Source of the DNA: a virus
Strand: one strand, 5' to 3'
DNA: 64,000 nt
Virus record (IMG/VR): IMGVR_UViG_3300011113_000492
Location: 1 to 64,000 of that record
Position 1 is the first letter of the stretch. Each line of letters opens with the position of its first letter. Shown here piece after piece: positions 19,072-27,937 of this stretch. The notes under the pieces were generated by a model. The model did no database searches. It was not told the DNA's origin and saw nothing but the letters and a program-made list of their open reading frames with translations. A program made the translations under genes and the position numbers.

Positions 19072-19647
19072 ATGGCATCTGCTATATCAAATCGCTACTA
19101 TGACAGCATGATAAAGGTATTACAGTTTGCCTTATTGATGTTAGGATTATGTTTGGTTATATTTTTTATTACATCTATAACTAAACAAAAATTAGAATAT
19201 TTACGTAGCAATCTATTTACAGGTGATTCTGTACAAATAACTGCGGCTGAAAGAACCAAGCAATTAGACTGCTTGACCAGAAATATTTACTGGGAAGCTG
19301 CATCAGAACCATTCGAAGGAAAAGTTGCTGTAGCTCAAGTTACTATGAATAGAGTGGCAGCTGGAAATTTTGGCAATGGAGTGTGTGGTGTGGTCTTTCA
19401 GAAAAATGTATTTTATGAAAAGGTCGTATGCCAATTTAGTTGGGCTTGTGAAAGCACACACAAGTTTAAACCTATACATCCCAAGTTGTATGCAGAAAGC
19501 GAAGAAGTAGCTAAAAAAGTTTTACTGGAAAATTTCAGACTGCCCGGATTAACTTCGGCGATATATTATCATGCTGACTATGTTAATCCAGGCTGGAAGA
19601 AAGAAAAAATTATCAAAATTGGTCGACACATTTTTTACAAAGGTTAA
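19072..19647 (+). CDS. SleB-like cell wall hydrolase with N-terminal membrane anchor
   Basis: CLTRNIYWEA..E...G..AVAQVTMNRV, CQFSW, YYHADYVNPGW and IGRHIFY motifs. AAGGAG SD precedes the ATG at 19072. Confidence 0.9.
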   Translation: MASAISNRYYDSMIKVLQFALLMLGLCLVIFFITSITKQKLEYLRSNLFTGDSVQITAAERTKQLDCLTRNIYWEAASEPFEGKVAVAQVTMNRVAAGNFGNGVCGVVFQKNVFYEKVVCQFSWACESTHKFKPIHPKLYAESEEVAKKVLLENFRLPGLTSAIYYHADYVNPGWKKEKIIKIGRHIFYKG

Positions 19648-19649
19648 CG

Positions 19650-19973
19650 ATGCAAATCTCGAACATTAAATTTCTACGATTTTTGGTATTGATTAAAAAA
19701 TTCTTTATTGATCATCTTAAAAAACTTACAGCCAACACTTTAGGATGGTTAGCTGCAATTGTGTTACATTGTGCCACTGTTCCCAGTATACTTGCTCTAA
19801 TGGCTGGCCTAACAGACAAATTGCCTAGTGTGGATGTGATTTTGTTTATTTGGGCAGGATTGGTATTACTGTTTGCACGAGCTATTCTTTTGAAAGATCA
19901 GTTAAATATTATTACCATTGGCACAGGTTTTATAGCACAATCAGTTTTAATGGCATTTATACTGTTTAAATAA
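19650..19973 (+). CDS. Small multi-TM membrane protein (possible lysis accessory)
   Basis: Three hydrophobic helices, adjacent to the hydrolase. Confidence 0.5.
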   Translation: MQISNIKFLRFLVLIKKFFIDHLKKLTANTLGWLAAIVLHCATVPSILALMAGLTDKLPSVDVILFIWAGLVLLFARAILLKDQLNIITIGTGFIAQSVLMAFILFK

Positions 19974-19974
19974 A

Positions 19975-20643
19975 ATGAATTATTTTCAACTACTTAAAAG
20001 ACTATATGATATATATGATCCAATGGTCGATAAAGTAGTTGATCATAATACTATTGTTCGAAAAATACGATATGCAATTCCCTATAAAGATTGTACAATT
20101 ATATCTAACAAAACTTTAACAGTGATATCAAATCATTTCGAAATCGCTGGCCTCTATGATCCAGAAAAAGATGCAGATGGTGAACCTCCCATCGAAATAG
20201 AAATAGGATTCCCTAAACGCAAAGATCTATACTATTTCAATGAAAGTGATTTCAGCAGGAATCACTGGAGTGAGTTTTGTATTAATTTTTCTCTTATTCT
20301 CGGTCACGAATATATGCATCTTAATCAATTCAGGCGTAGAAATTTTAACTGGTGTCGAGTCTATAAAGGCACAAGTATTAGACCGAATATTAGAGAACAA
20401 CAGGAGTACTACGGAGATTCCGACGAAATAGATGCTTATGCATTTACCGCAGCAGCTAATCTAATAACAGACTCTATTCTGAATCCAAAATCTAAAAAAA
20501 ATACAATAGAACACACAAGACTTTATAAAACTTATGTAAGTTTATTTGACAAAAATGACCCTGTTGTATTAAAATTTGTTCGCCTAACAAACCGATACGT
20601 AAAAAAATTGGAACAACAATACCATGACACAATCTTTACCTAA
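19975..20643 (+). CDS. Putative zincin-like metalloprotein
   Basis: GHEYMH (HExxH) plus a downstream EIDAY. Confidence 0.5.
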   Translation: MNYFQLLKRLYDIYDPMVDKVVDHNTIVRKIRYAIPYKDCTIISNKTLTVISNHFEIAGLYDPEKDADGEPPIEIEIGFPKRKDLYYFNESDFSRNHWSEFCINFSLILGHEYMHLNQFRRRNFNWCRVYKGTSIRPNIREQQEYYGDSDEIDAYAFTAAANLITDSILNPKSKKNTIEHTRLYKTYVSLFDKNDPVVLKFVRLTNRYVKKLEQQYHDTIFT

Positions 20644-20842
20644 CGATATAGAAGATCTCACAGAAGAAGAATTTATTGACAGTATCGGCGAAAATGATTT
20701 TGTTTTAATTTTAACTGAAGATGGAAATTTAAAAGCATTTCTAATGCCCGAAACTTATAAGGACTCCGATTTGCCAGAAAACATCTCGAAGATTTTTAAA
20801 CTTCTTAATGTTAATAACTTAGAATCAAGAACACTTCATTAA
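20624..20842 (+). CDS. Small acidic hypothetical protein
   Basis: 72-aa coupled ORF. Confidence 0.55.
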   Translation: MTQSLPNDIEDLTEEEFIDSIGENDFVLILTEDGNLKAFLMPETYKDSDLPENISKIFKLLNVNNLESRTLH

Positions 20843-20843
20843 T

Positions 20844-21077
20844 ATGCTAAAAACATTCATGTCTAGTAGGCCGTACACAATTTTTGATGCGGCTGATCGA
20901 AAACACCGGGCAGCTTATTATCGATATTTGCAAAGTGCTAGTTGGGTTGACTGTCCTTACCAATTTGTAGTAGAAGAACCTTATATAGACTTGCCACACT
21001 GCATAAATCAAAAAATGATCAAGTACTATATGGGTCGGGAATTTAGTAAAAATAAGAACAAAATACACATCAAATAA
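20844..21077 (+). CDS. Small hypothetical protein
   Basis: 77-aa ORF. Confidence 0.55.
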   Translation: MLKTFMSSRPYTIFDAADRKHRAAYYRYLQSASWVDCPYQFVVEEPYIDLPHCINQKMIKYYMGREFSKNKNKIHIK

Positions 21078-21078
21078 C

Positions 21079-21109
21079 GGTTGCTCAAAATCTCCAATTT
21101 TGTTATAAT
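21079..21109 (+). promoter_or_regulatory. Sigma70-type early promoter, cassette copy 1
   Basis: GG-TTGCTC-N17(AAAATCTCCAATTTTGT)-TATAAT. Confidence 0.8.
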
Positions 21110-21115
21110 AATGAC

Positions 21116-21262
21116 ATGATGCAATACACACTGATTACAAAAAACGGCAAAATTTTGCAATTTTATGTCAAGGCTGTGGCAGAAATGTATAAACAAATAC
21201 ACGGTGGTTATATTGTTTCAAACGATATTTTGGTTGACAAAACTCGCCAATCTGTAGTATAA
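21116..21262 (+). CDS. 48-aa small early protein missed by the ORF track
   Basis: MMQYTLITKNGKILQFYVKAVAEMYKQIHGGYIVSNDILVDKTRQSVV*. It begins 6 nt after TATAAT. Confidence 0.55.
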   Translation: MMQYTLITKNGKILQFYVKAVAEMYKQIHGGYIVSNDILVDKTRQSVV

Positions 21263-21263
21263 T
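21234..21263 (+). promoter_or_regulatory. Sigma70-type promoter
   Basis: TTGACA-N18-TATAAT. Confidence 0.65.
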
Positions 21264-21288
21264 AACACTTTTACGAAACTAAACTATC

Positions 21289-21492
21289 ATGGGTTTTAAA
21301 GTTCTTGGACAACGCGACAGTCGTTTTCAGCCCATCAAAGGGTTGGAAGGTCCTTTTTATTTTGCTAACGGTAGAGTTTTGTACTATGATCCCAAAGCAG
21401 GCGAGTACTACGATAGTACTACCGATTTCTACGTGCCCCGGGAAGAAGTAGACCAATTGCACACAGAATTAGCACGACTCTTGTCAAGTTGA
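21289..21492 (+). CDS. Small hypothetical early protein
   Basis: 67 aa containing YYDPKAGEYYD, downstream of a promoter. Confidence 0.6.
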   Translation: MGFKVLGQRDSRFQPIKGLEGPFYFANGRVLYYDPKAGEYYDSTTDFYVPREEVDQLHTELARLLSS

Positions 21493-21554
21493 CAGGTTTG
21501 TTGTAAAAATACAACAAAAATAAGAGTTTTTTGCTTAAAAAATAGGCATTTTTT

Positions 21555-21585
21555 GGTTGTCCGAAATTCATCATTTTGCTATAAT
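21555..21585 (+). promoter_or_regulatory. Sigma70-type early promoter, cassette copy 2
   Basis: GG-TTGTCC-N17(GAAATTCATCATTTTGC)-TATAAT. Confidence 0.8.
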
Positions 21586-21591
21586 ACTACT

Positions 21592-21906
21592 ATGATGAAA
21601 CGTAAAGCACGCCAAGACCGCAAGCACGCCGTGTACATGATGATGAACACCCAAACGGGAGAGTTCTATGTGGGTATCACGGTCTGCGCTCAACAGCTCA
21701 AGAAAGCTATCAAAGTTCGCTTCCAAAAACATGTTCGTCGTGCTGTGACAGAAAACAAAGATTGGGCATTGTGCCGCAACATCCGTGAGCATGGCGCCGA
21801 AGCTTTCGAAGTTGAAGTGGTAGAAGTCGTTCGTGGTCGCAAGCCTGCTCATGCACGTGAGCGTGAACTGATTGCAGAACTTCAACCCTCTCTTAACCAA
21901 TACTGA
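21592..21906 (+). CDS. Small GIY-YIG nuclease-domain protein
   Basis: AVYMM...FYVGIT...RFQKH...ARERELI. Confidence 0.75.
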   Translation: MMKRKARQDRKHAVYMMMNTQTGEFYVGITVCAQQLKKAIKVRFQKHVRRAVTENKDWALCRNIREHGAEAFEVEVVEVVRGRKPAHARERELIAELQPSLNQY

Positions 21907-21908
21907 TT

Positions 21909-22106
21909 ATGGAAAAAATTTTACACAATCGAGCGCAGTGTTTGCTCTGCGAAGACATTATCGAGTCAACCCATAGACATGACTATGTGAGTTGCAAGTG
22001 CGGTGAAATTGCAGTGGACGGTGGCCGCAGTTATCTTAGACGCAGTGCTAAGAATTTTTTAAACTTTCTTGACCTCAGTGAAGTGGAGACTGAAAATGAT
22101 CGTTGA
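21909..22106 (+). CDS. Small zinc-ribbon protein
   Basis: CLLC...HRHD...CKCG...VDGG. Confidence 0.6.
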   Translation: MEKILHNRAQCLLCEDIIESTHRHDYVSCKCGEIAVDGGRSYLRRSAKNFLNFLDLSEVETENDR

Positions 22107-22335
22107 TTCTATAGAATTCCAAGGTGTCACTTATGATCGTCGTCATGGCGGCCCGTTTGATCGTGGCAGTGCAGACAGCTATTATGATCGACCATTCAAT
22201 CCTCACTACTATGTGGCCGGGACGTCTACTAGTGCCCGGGTGGAACTGGCCGAAATGACTGCGGCGGAAATCACTGCCTACACCGCAGGCTACAATTACA
22301 ACGAACGTCATGGCGACAAAAAAGATTGGGGTTGA
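22096..22335 (+). CDS. Hypothetical phage protein
   Basis: GGAG SD precedes the ATG at 22096. Contains RHGGPFDRGSADSYY. Confidence 0.6.
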   Translation: MIVDSIEFQGVTYDRRHGGPFDRGSADSYYDRPFNPHYYVAGTSTSARVELAEMTAAEITAYTAGYNYNERHGDKKDWG

Positions 22336-22338
22336 ATA

Positions 22339-22659
22339 ATGAAACCTCATTTCTCTAACACAAACAATCCCATTGATTTTCCTAAAACGGAAAGTATAAT
22401 GAACGAACGAATTCTAGAACTTAGAACACAGGCTGCGGCTTGGGTTGCGAAAAATCATCAGCCTCAAGATCCTAACGCATACTCGCAAAAAGAAATCGAC
22501 CAGAGGTATTTGATGTATGAAGAAAAGTTCGCCGAGTTGATTGTCAGGGAATGTGCTGGATTATTTCCCAATGTTTATGTAGAAATTGAAACTGAATACG
22601 GTCATACTCCTGTCGTTGCGTCGGAATATATCAAAAAACATTTCGGAGTTGAACCGTGA
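22339..22659 (+). CDS. Hypothetical phage protein
   Basis: Contains NERILEL and EKFAELIVRECA. The start may be at 22399. Confidence 0.55.
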   Translation: MKPHFSNTNNPIDFPKTESIMNERILELRTQAAAWVAKNHQPQDPNAYSQKEIDQRYLMYEEKFAELIVRECAGLFPNVYVEIETEYGHTPVVASEYIKKHFGVEP

Positions 22660-22901
22660 TTAAAGATTTATCCTATAGACAAGTGGATTCCATATTAAAA
22701 TGGACAGCGACTGTGCTTATCCTAATAGGTGCGGTGTTAACTAGTTTGGCCATCGACCCTTGGAACATTTATTTGATGAATGCTGGTACACTGGTTTGGT
22801 TGATTTGGGCCTTGCGAATTCGTGACAATGCACTTATAGTAGTAAATGCAGGACTGCTAGTAATTTATATGATGGGTGTCGGAAGAGTAATAATACAATG
22901 A
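22656..22901 (+). CDS. Small three-TM membrane protein
   Basis: Hydrophobic helices throughout. Confidence 0.55.
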   Translation: MIKDLSYRQVDSILKWTATVLILIGAVLTSLAIDPWNIYLMNAGTLVWLIWALRIRDNALIVVNAGLLVIYMMGVGRVIIQ

Positions 22902-23251
22902 GTCATACTTACATTCTTAGTTGGGATTGCACCGGGCTTGAAGCCGTTGTCAATATTTCCGACATTGAAAAAGAACAGATGTGGGCAGTATTGTCGGAAA
23001 CTGACGCTAACCCCAACAAAAGTCGACCGAATACTGTGAATAGTATTGTAAATATGATTATACTCCGGGCTAAATTTAATACGCAGCGTCATTATGAAAT
23101 TTATGCAATAGACACAGACGACAGTGTATCCGAATCGGACTTTAGAACAATGTTTGAGGATAATCCTCAATCAATGGCTGATCTAATTAGGGAACGTGGC
23201 CGAAAATTATATAGTGACCGGTACGAAGAAAATAAAATTAAGATTAAATAG
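22898..23251 (+). CDS. Hypothetical phage protein
   Basis: 117-aa ORF starting MSHTYILSWDCTGLE. Confidence 0.55.
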   Translation: MSHTYILSWDCTGLEAVVNISDIEKEQMWAVLSETDANPNKSRPNTVNSIVNMIILRAKFNTQRHYEIYAIDTDDSVSESDFRTMFEDNPQSMADLIRERGRKLYSDRYEENKIKIK

Positions 23252-23279
23252 CAAAATCTATGTCTATAAATACTAACTT

Positions 23280-24797
23280 ATGATATTTGGATATTTTACT
23301 TTATTTGTAGCATTGATAATCAGTGCAGTGGCCGCATACTACAGTATCGTCGGCCTTACTGCCATTTTTGCCGCCGCAGTTGTTCCTATTATCATCATGG
23401 GCGCGGCATTAGAAGTCGGCAAAGTCACAGCCGCAGTTTGGTTAAAACTAAACTGGCATCGTGCTAGATGGACTTATAAATTATATCTCATTCCTGCTGT
23501 AGCGTTTTTAATGCTGCTAACCAGCATGGGCATTTTTGGCTTTTTAAGTAAAGCACATACTGATCAAAGTTTGATATCGGGGGATGTGCAAAGCAAGATT
23601 GCAATCTATGATGAAAAGATTAAAACAGCACGAGAAAACATTGAAGCTGACCGCAAACAACTCCGCCAAATGGATGAGGCTGTTGATCAAGTCATGGCGA
23701 GAAGCACCACAGAAGAAGGTGCATCAAAGTCTAATGCTATTCGCAGGGCTCAAGCCCGAGATAGGACTGCTTTGGCCAAAAATATTGAAGCCAACCAAAA
23801 ACTTATTGCTGCTCTTAACGATGAAGCCGCACCCATACGAGCAGAAGTTCGTAAAGTGGAAGCAGAAGTTGGGCCGATAAAATATGTGGCAGCATTAATT
23901 TACGGTGACAACACAGAAGCAAATTTACTTGAAGCCGCAGTACGTTGGGTAATTATTCTTATTGTGGCAGTATTTGATCCGCTGGCTCTTGTTCTAATTT
24001 TAGCAGCACAACAAAGTATACGCTGGGCCAAAGATGATCGCGAAGATCAAGAACTGTTGGAAGAAGATTCGCGCCGCGAAATTGAAAATGATCCCGATAT
24101 CAATGACTTAATTAATAATCGCAGCCAAAGCACAGATAATAATATAAAAGAAGAATCATTGCAGGAAGAAAAAATACCCAGTGTAGATTCTAATATACTA
24201 GCACAGTCAGCACCACCTGAAAATGACTTTGACATCAGCAAACACTCGTATCTTAATAAGCCGTTTGTTCATTTTAAAAACTTAAAGCCCATGGTTTATA
24301 AACCAGATCCGGTTACCGAACCAGAAGTCGAGCAGTCGCGACCCACAGACTATGTGCCCGACACCAATGAACATTTAATCCAAAACACTCAGTCTGAAAT
24401 CAAACCAAGTAAATTTGTTAAGGTTCCCGAAACAGCACCCCGGGTTAAAGTAGAATCTCCACCTGTGCCGGAAACTTTGAATTTAAGAAAACTACAACCA
24501 GATAACGTAGAAGCAACCAGTACAAAAAGTGGATTTGGTATTAAGTTTCCCGACAGCTCCGCCAAAGGCGACATGTTTCTCAGAGTCGATTATCTTCCAA
24601 ACAAACTGTTCAAGCACAATGGTTTCAAATGGATTGAAGTTGACAAAGACAAAACAGATAGCTATACTTACGACGAGCAATATATACAATACCTGATTGA
24701 AAAAATTAAATCAGGCGAATATGAAATAGATCAATTAAGTGACACTGAACAAGATTTAGTAGCACAGCAACTTCAAAAAAATAATGCAAAAACCTAA
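23280..24797 (+). CDS. Multi-TM membrane protein with coiled coil and Pro/acidic cytoplasmic tail
   Basis: Three N-terminal TMs, a long coil, a fourth TM (VIILIVAVFDPLALVLILAA) and a low-complexity tail. Confidence 0.65.
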   Translation: MIFGYFTLFVALIISAVAAYYSIVGLTAIFAAAVVPIIIMGAALEVGKVTAAVWLKLNWHRARWTYKLYLIPAVAFLMLLTSMGIFGFLSKAHTDQSLISGDVQSKIAIYDEKIKTARENIEADRKQLRQMDEAVDQVMARSTTEEGASKSNAIRRAQARDRTALAKNIEANQKLIAALNDEAAPIRAEVRKVEAEVGPIKYVAALIYGDNTEANLLEAAVRWVIILIVAVFDPLALVLILAAQQSIRWAKDDREDQELLEEDSRREIENDPDINDLINNRSQSTDNNIKEESLQEEKIPSVDSNILAQSAPPENDFDISKHSYLNKPFVHFKNLKPMVYKPDPVTEPEVEQSRPTDYVPDTNEHLIQNTQSEIKPSKFVKVPETAPRVKVESPPVPETLNLRKLQPDNVEATSTKSGFGIKFPDSSAKGDMFLRVDYLPNKLFKHNGFKWIEVDKDKTDSYTYDEQYIQYLIEKIKSGEYEIDQLSDTEQDLVAQQLQKNNAKT

Positions 24798-25512
24798 AAT
24801 ATCCATATTATTACCAACAAGAAAAAGAACAGAGGCTGTTATCAAAAGTGTGGGCAGTCTTTTGAGTACTGCAAAAGATCCCAGTCAGATTGAAATACTG
24901 ATCGCCTATGACGACGATGACGACGAAAGCAGGGAATTCTTTAGTACAACATGGCATCCGTTTGTTGAACAATGCGGCACAACCACAAAAGTGTTTGAAA
25001 GTGAACGTCACGGTTATCTGAGATTATACAAGTATGTAAATATGTTAGGTACTCAGGCATCGGGCGATTGGATTATGTTTTGGAACGACGATGCTCTTAT
25101 GCTCACTGATAACTGGGATGAAGAAATATATAAACACAACGGGTTTTTTGGGCTATTAAGAATGCCCTGTGTTACTATGAACCATCCATTTGCGCTATTC
25201 CCTATAATTCCAAGATCGTGGATTGATTTTTTTGGATGTATCAGTCCAGTGAATCACAGCGACTGGTGGATATACAATGTCACTGCTCCTGTTGGCAGAT
25301 TATTAAATATTCCTGTGCAGGTATATCATGACCGAGCAGATGTCACCGGTGGCAATAACGATGAAACTTTTAAAGAACAGAGCTATGCCGCAGACGGCAA
25401 AGATCCAACAAATCCAGAAGATTACAGTCACCCTCAAAGACAGCAAGATCTCACGGACTGGGTCACTAAACTAGCATATAAGATTAAAGATGAACAACCA
25501 CCAGCTACTTGA
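24784..25512 (+). CDS. Glycosyltransferase family 2 (GT-A)
   Basis: ISILLPTRKR, EILIAYDDDD and WNDD motifs. Confidence 0.8.
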   Translation: MQKPKISILLPTRKRTEAVIKSVGSLLSTAKDPSQIEILIAYDDDDDESREFFSTTWHPFVEQCGTTTKVFESERHGYLRLYKYVNMLGTQASGDWIMFWNDDALMLTDNWDEEIYKHNGFFGLLRMPCVTMNHPFALFPIIPRSWIDFFGCISPVNHSDWWIYNVTAPVGRLLNIPVQVYHDRADVTGGNNDETFKEQSYAADGKDPTNPEDYSHPQRQQDLTDWVTKLAYKIKDEQPPAT

Positions 25513-26269
25513 ACAAATTAGAACGTATTGGAATAATAGGCCTTGTAATATACGACATAGTCAAAGTCCGATTGGAACAAAAGAATACTTCGACGAAGTT
25601 GAAGCTCGCAGATATGCCAACGAACCGCACAACTATACTTTTCCAGAATTTGACCGATGGAAGGGAAAACGTGTGCTCGAGATCGGTTGCGGAATAGGCA
25701 CTGATGCCACAAACTTTGCTCGAGCAGGAGCAAAATATACTGGCGTAGATTTAAGCATAGAAAGCATCAAATTGGCTAAACGACGGTTTGAAGTGTTTGG
25801 TCTTGACGGAGAATTTTTTGAATGCAATGCAGAAGAATTGAATAGTGCATTTGATCCTCATGAAAAGTTTGATTTGATTTATAGCTTTGGGGTCATACAC
25901 CATGCACCCAGACCCGACAGAGTAGTAGCATGTTTGCCCGACTTATTGGCCCCAGGCGGGGAAATTAAGTGCATGTTATATGCTAAAAATAGCTGGAAAA
26001 ATATCATGATTGAAGCAGGGTGGGATCAACCCGAAGCACAAGATAATTGTCCACAGGCAATAACATATACTAAACAAGAAGCAAGGGAATTGTTTAGAGA
26101 GTTTGACAATGTTCACGTTGAACAAGATTTTATTTTTCCCTGGAATATTGAACATTATGTTAAATATGAATATGTTAAACAACCCTGGTTTGAAGCTATG
26201 CCCCCGGAATTGTTTAAGATCATGGAACGTGCTCTTGGTTGGCACCTTTTAATTACAGCAAAGAAATAA
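25490..26269 (+). CDS. Class I SAM-dependent methyltransferase
   Basis: VLEIGCGIG, GVDLS and FDLIYSFGVIHH motifs. Confidence 0.9.
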   Translation: MNNHQLLEQIRTYWNNRPCNIRHSQSPIGTKEYFDEVEARRYANEPHNYTFPEFDRWKGKRVLEIGCGIGTDATNFARAGAKYTGVDLSIESIKLAKRRFEVFGLDGEFFECNAEELNSAFDPHEKFDLIYSFGVIHHAPRPDRVVACLPDLLAPGGEIKCMLYAKNSWKNIMIEAGWDQPEAQDNCPQAITYTKQEARELFREFDNVHVEQDFIFPWNIEHYVKYEYVKQPWFEAMPPELFKIMERALGWHLLITAKK

Positions 26270-26270
26270 T

Positions 26271-26549
26271 ATGCCACGCTTTATTACCCCGCCGGATGTT
26301 GAATACGACAAATCTATTCCCAAAGTTCTTATAAGGAACTGCAATTGGACTGGTGATCAAATTCAATATTTGCTGGATAATCTCGGAGACAAAACCTACG
26401 ACATTTATCTCTATCACGAAAACATGAACGATATTCAATGGTTTGAGGGAATTCGAGCAATGACGAATCCCAAACATGTCTACGATTTTAGACATTATAC
26501 TAATCGTGATACATTAGAGTGGCTCAAGGAAGTTGACAATGAGTTTTGA
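26271..26549 (+). CDS. Hypothetical phage protein
   Basis: 92-aa ORF. Confidence 0.55.
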   Translation: MPRFITPPDVEYDKSIPKVLIRNCNWTGDQIQYLLDNLGDKTYDIYLYHENMNDIQWFEGIRAMTNPKHVYDFRHYTNRDTLEWLKEVDNEF

Positions 26550-26778
26550 TAGACCTAAAAGATCTCAGGGATTAACAGTCTATGTTAAAGACGATAACAT
26601 AGAAAAAGCACTTCGAAAATTTAAGAAAAAAGTAGCAGAGTCCGGCATTTTACAAACTCTTAAAGAAAAAGAATTTTACGAAAAGCCCACCACAACCAGA
26701 AAAAAGAAAAATAGTGCAGCAAAAAATCGTTGGAATAAAAAACTAGAAGCACAACAATTACCTAAAAAATTGTACTAA
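26539..26778 (+). CDS. rpsU: Ribosomal protein bS21
   Basis: VYVKDDNIEKALRKFKKKVAESGILQTLKEKEFYEKPTTTRKKK. Confidence 0.88.
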   Translation: MSFDRPKRSQGLTVYVKDDNIEKALRKFKKKVAESGILQTLKEKEFYEKPTTTRKKKNSAAKNRWNKKLEAQQLPKKLY

Positions 26779-27047
26779 TGTACATCGAATTTCGATTAGC
26801 CTCCGACGAAGATAAGTCTACGACCAGAATACAAATAGCATTGCATATAATATATCAAGATTTGCATGCCTGGAGCAACAAGTATAATATTCCTTATAAG
26901 ACTAAGCTTCACAAATTTACCAAAAGAGTGATGTTCGACGATCCCGAGTTTTACTCTTTTTTTGCTCTAACATTTGAGCCCACTAGTTATGTTTCAGGAC
27001 GTTGGAGTCTAATAGAGCCGATGAATCGTCCCAAATCAGTTGACTAA
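26778..27047 (+). CDS. Hypothetical phage protein
   Basis: 89-aa coupled ORF. Confidence 0.55.
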   Translation: MYIEFRLASDEDKSTTRIQIALHIIYQDLHAWSNKYNIPYKTKLHKFTKRVMFDDPEFYSFFALTFEPTSYVSGRWSLIEPMNRPKSVD

Positions 27048-27078
27048 ACAATTTGATTTCTATATAATAAATAATTGT

Positions 27079-27144
27079 GTAGATGCCCGGGTGGGGTCTA
27101 CGTTTCAATGTCATAATTTTGCTTAATAAAGGAGATTAAAAATG
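27079..27144 (+). promoter_or_regulatory. Structured 5' UTR of hsp20 with a ROSE-like SD-occluding hairpin
   Basis: Hairpin GTAGA-TGCCC-GGGT-GGGG-TCTAC, then UUUU-G-CUU/AAG-GAGA with a bulged G opposite the SD. Confidence 0.55.
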
Positions 27145-27588
27145 ACACAATTTTCTATTCACACCATCGACCTTCCTTCACTTGCACGCCATGCTATCGG
27201 CTTTGACCGTATGTTTGAAGAACTCAATCGTACATTTGCCAATAGCCGCGGCGGGGATAACTATCCTCCACACAATGTGGTTCAATTAGACGACACACAT
27301 TTTGTAGTTGAAGTTGCCGTGGCAGGGTTTGCCGAAGAAGATCTCGACGTAGAACTAAAAGACAACGTTCTAACAGTCAAAGGCGAACGTCCTAAGGCGG
27401 AAGGCGAAGCACCCAAATACCTACACAAAGGTATCAGTGCTCGTAATTTTACTCGCAATTTTCCACTGGCTGAAAACATCGAAGTCCGTGGTGCCACAGT
27501 TAAGAACGGTGTTCTTAGTGTAGCACTTGAGCTTGTTGTTCCCGAAGAACAAAAGCCCAAAAAGATTGCAATTTCTTTTACGAAGTAA
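27142..27588 (+). CDS. ibpA: Small heat shock protein (Hsp20/IbpA family)
   Basis: AIGFDRMF, NYPPHN, VAVAGF, YLHKGISARNF and NGVLSV motifs. Confidence 0.93.
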   Translation: MTQFSIHTIDLPSLARHAIGFDRMFEELNRTFANSRGGDNYPPHNVVQLDDTHFVVEVAVAGFAEEDLDVELKDNVLTVKGERPKAEGEAPKYLHKGISARNFTRNFPLAENIEVRGATVKNGVLSVALELVVPEEQKPKKIAISFTK

Positions 27589-27622
27589 TATAATAAGGGA
27601 TCTAAAAAATCCCTTTTAAAAT

Positions 27623-27937
27623 ATGACAACTACTGCAGAACCAAAAATTGTACCGAAAATCAAACCCAAGTCTGACATTCCTGAACCAGTTAGATACCAT
27701 GTGATTTATATCAACGATGAAGTTACTACTCAAGAATTTGTAGTAGAAACATTAGTCATTATTTTCAATTATACTCAAATCGAAGCTGAGGAAATGACTT
27801 TGAAAGTCCATAAAGAAGGATCTGCGGTAGTTGCTACTATGCCGTATGAAATGGCCGAACAAAAAGGCGTAGAAGTAACTATGCTGGCACGAAATAACGG
27901 ATTCCCGCTGGTGGTTAAACTAGAACCCGAGGCTTAA
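27623..27937 (+). CDS. clpS: ClpS N-degron adaptor
   Basis: YHVIYINDEVTTQEFVVETL...VHKEG.AVV...EMAEQK...FPL. Confidence 0.93.
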   Translation: MTTTAEPKIVPKIKPKSDIPEPVRYHVIYINDEVTTQEFVVETLVIIFNYTQIEAEEMTLKVHKEGSAVVATMPYEMAEQKGVEVTMLARNNGFPLVVKLEPEA

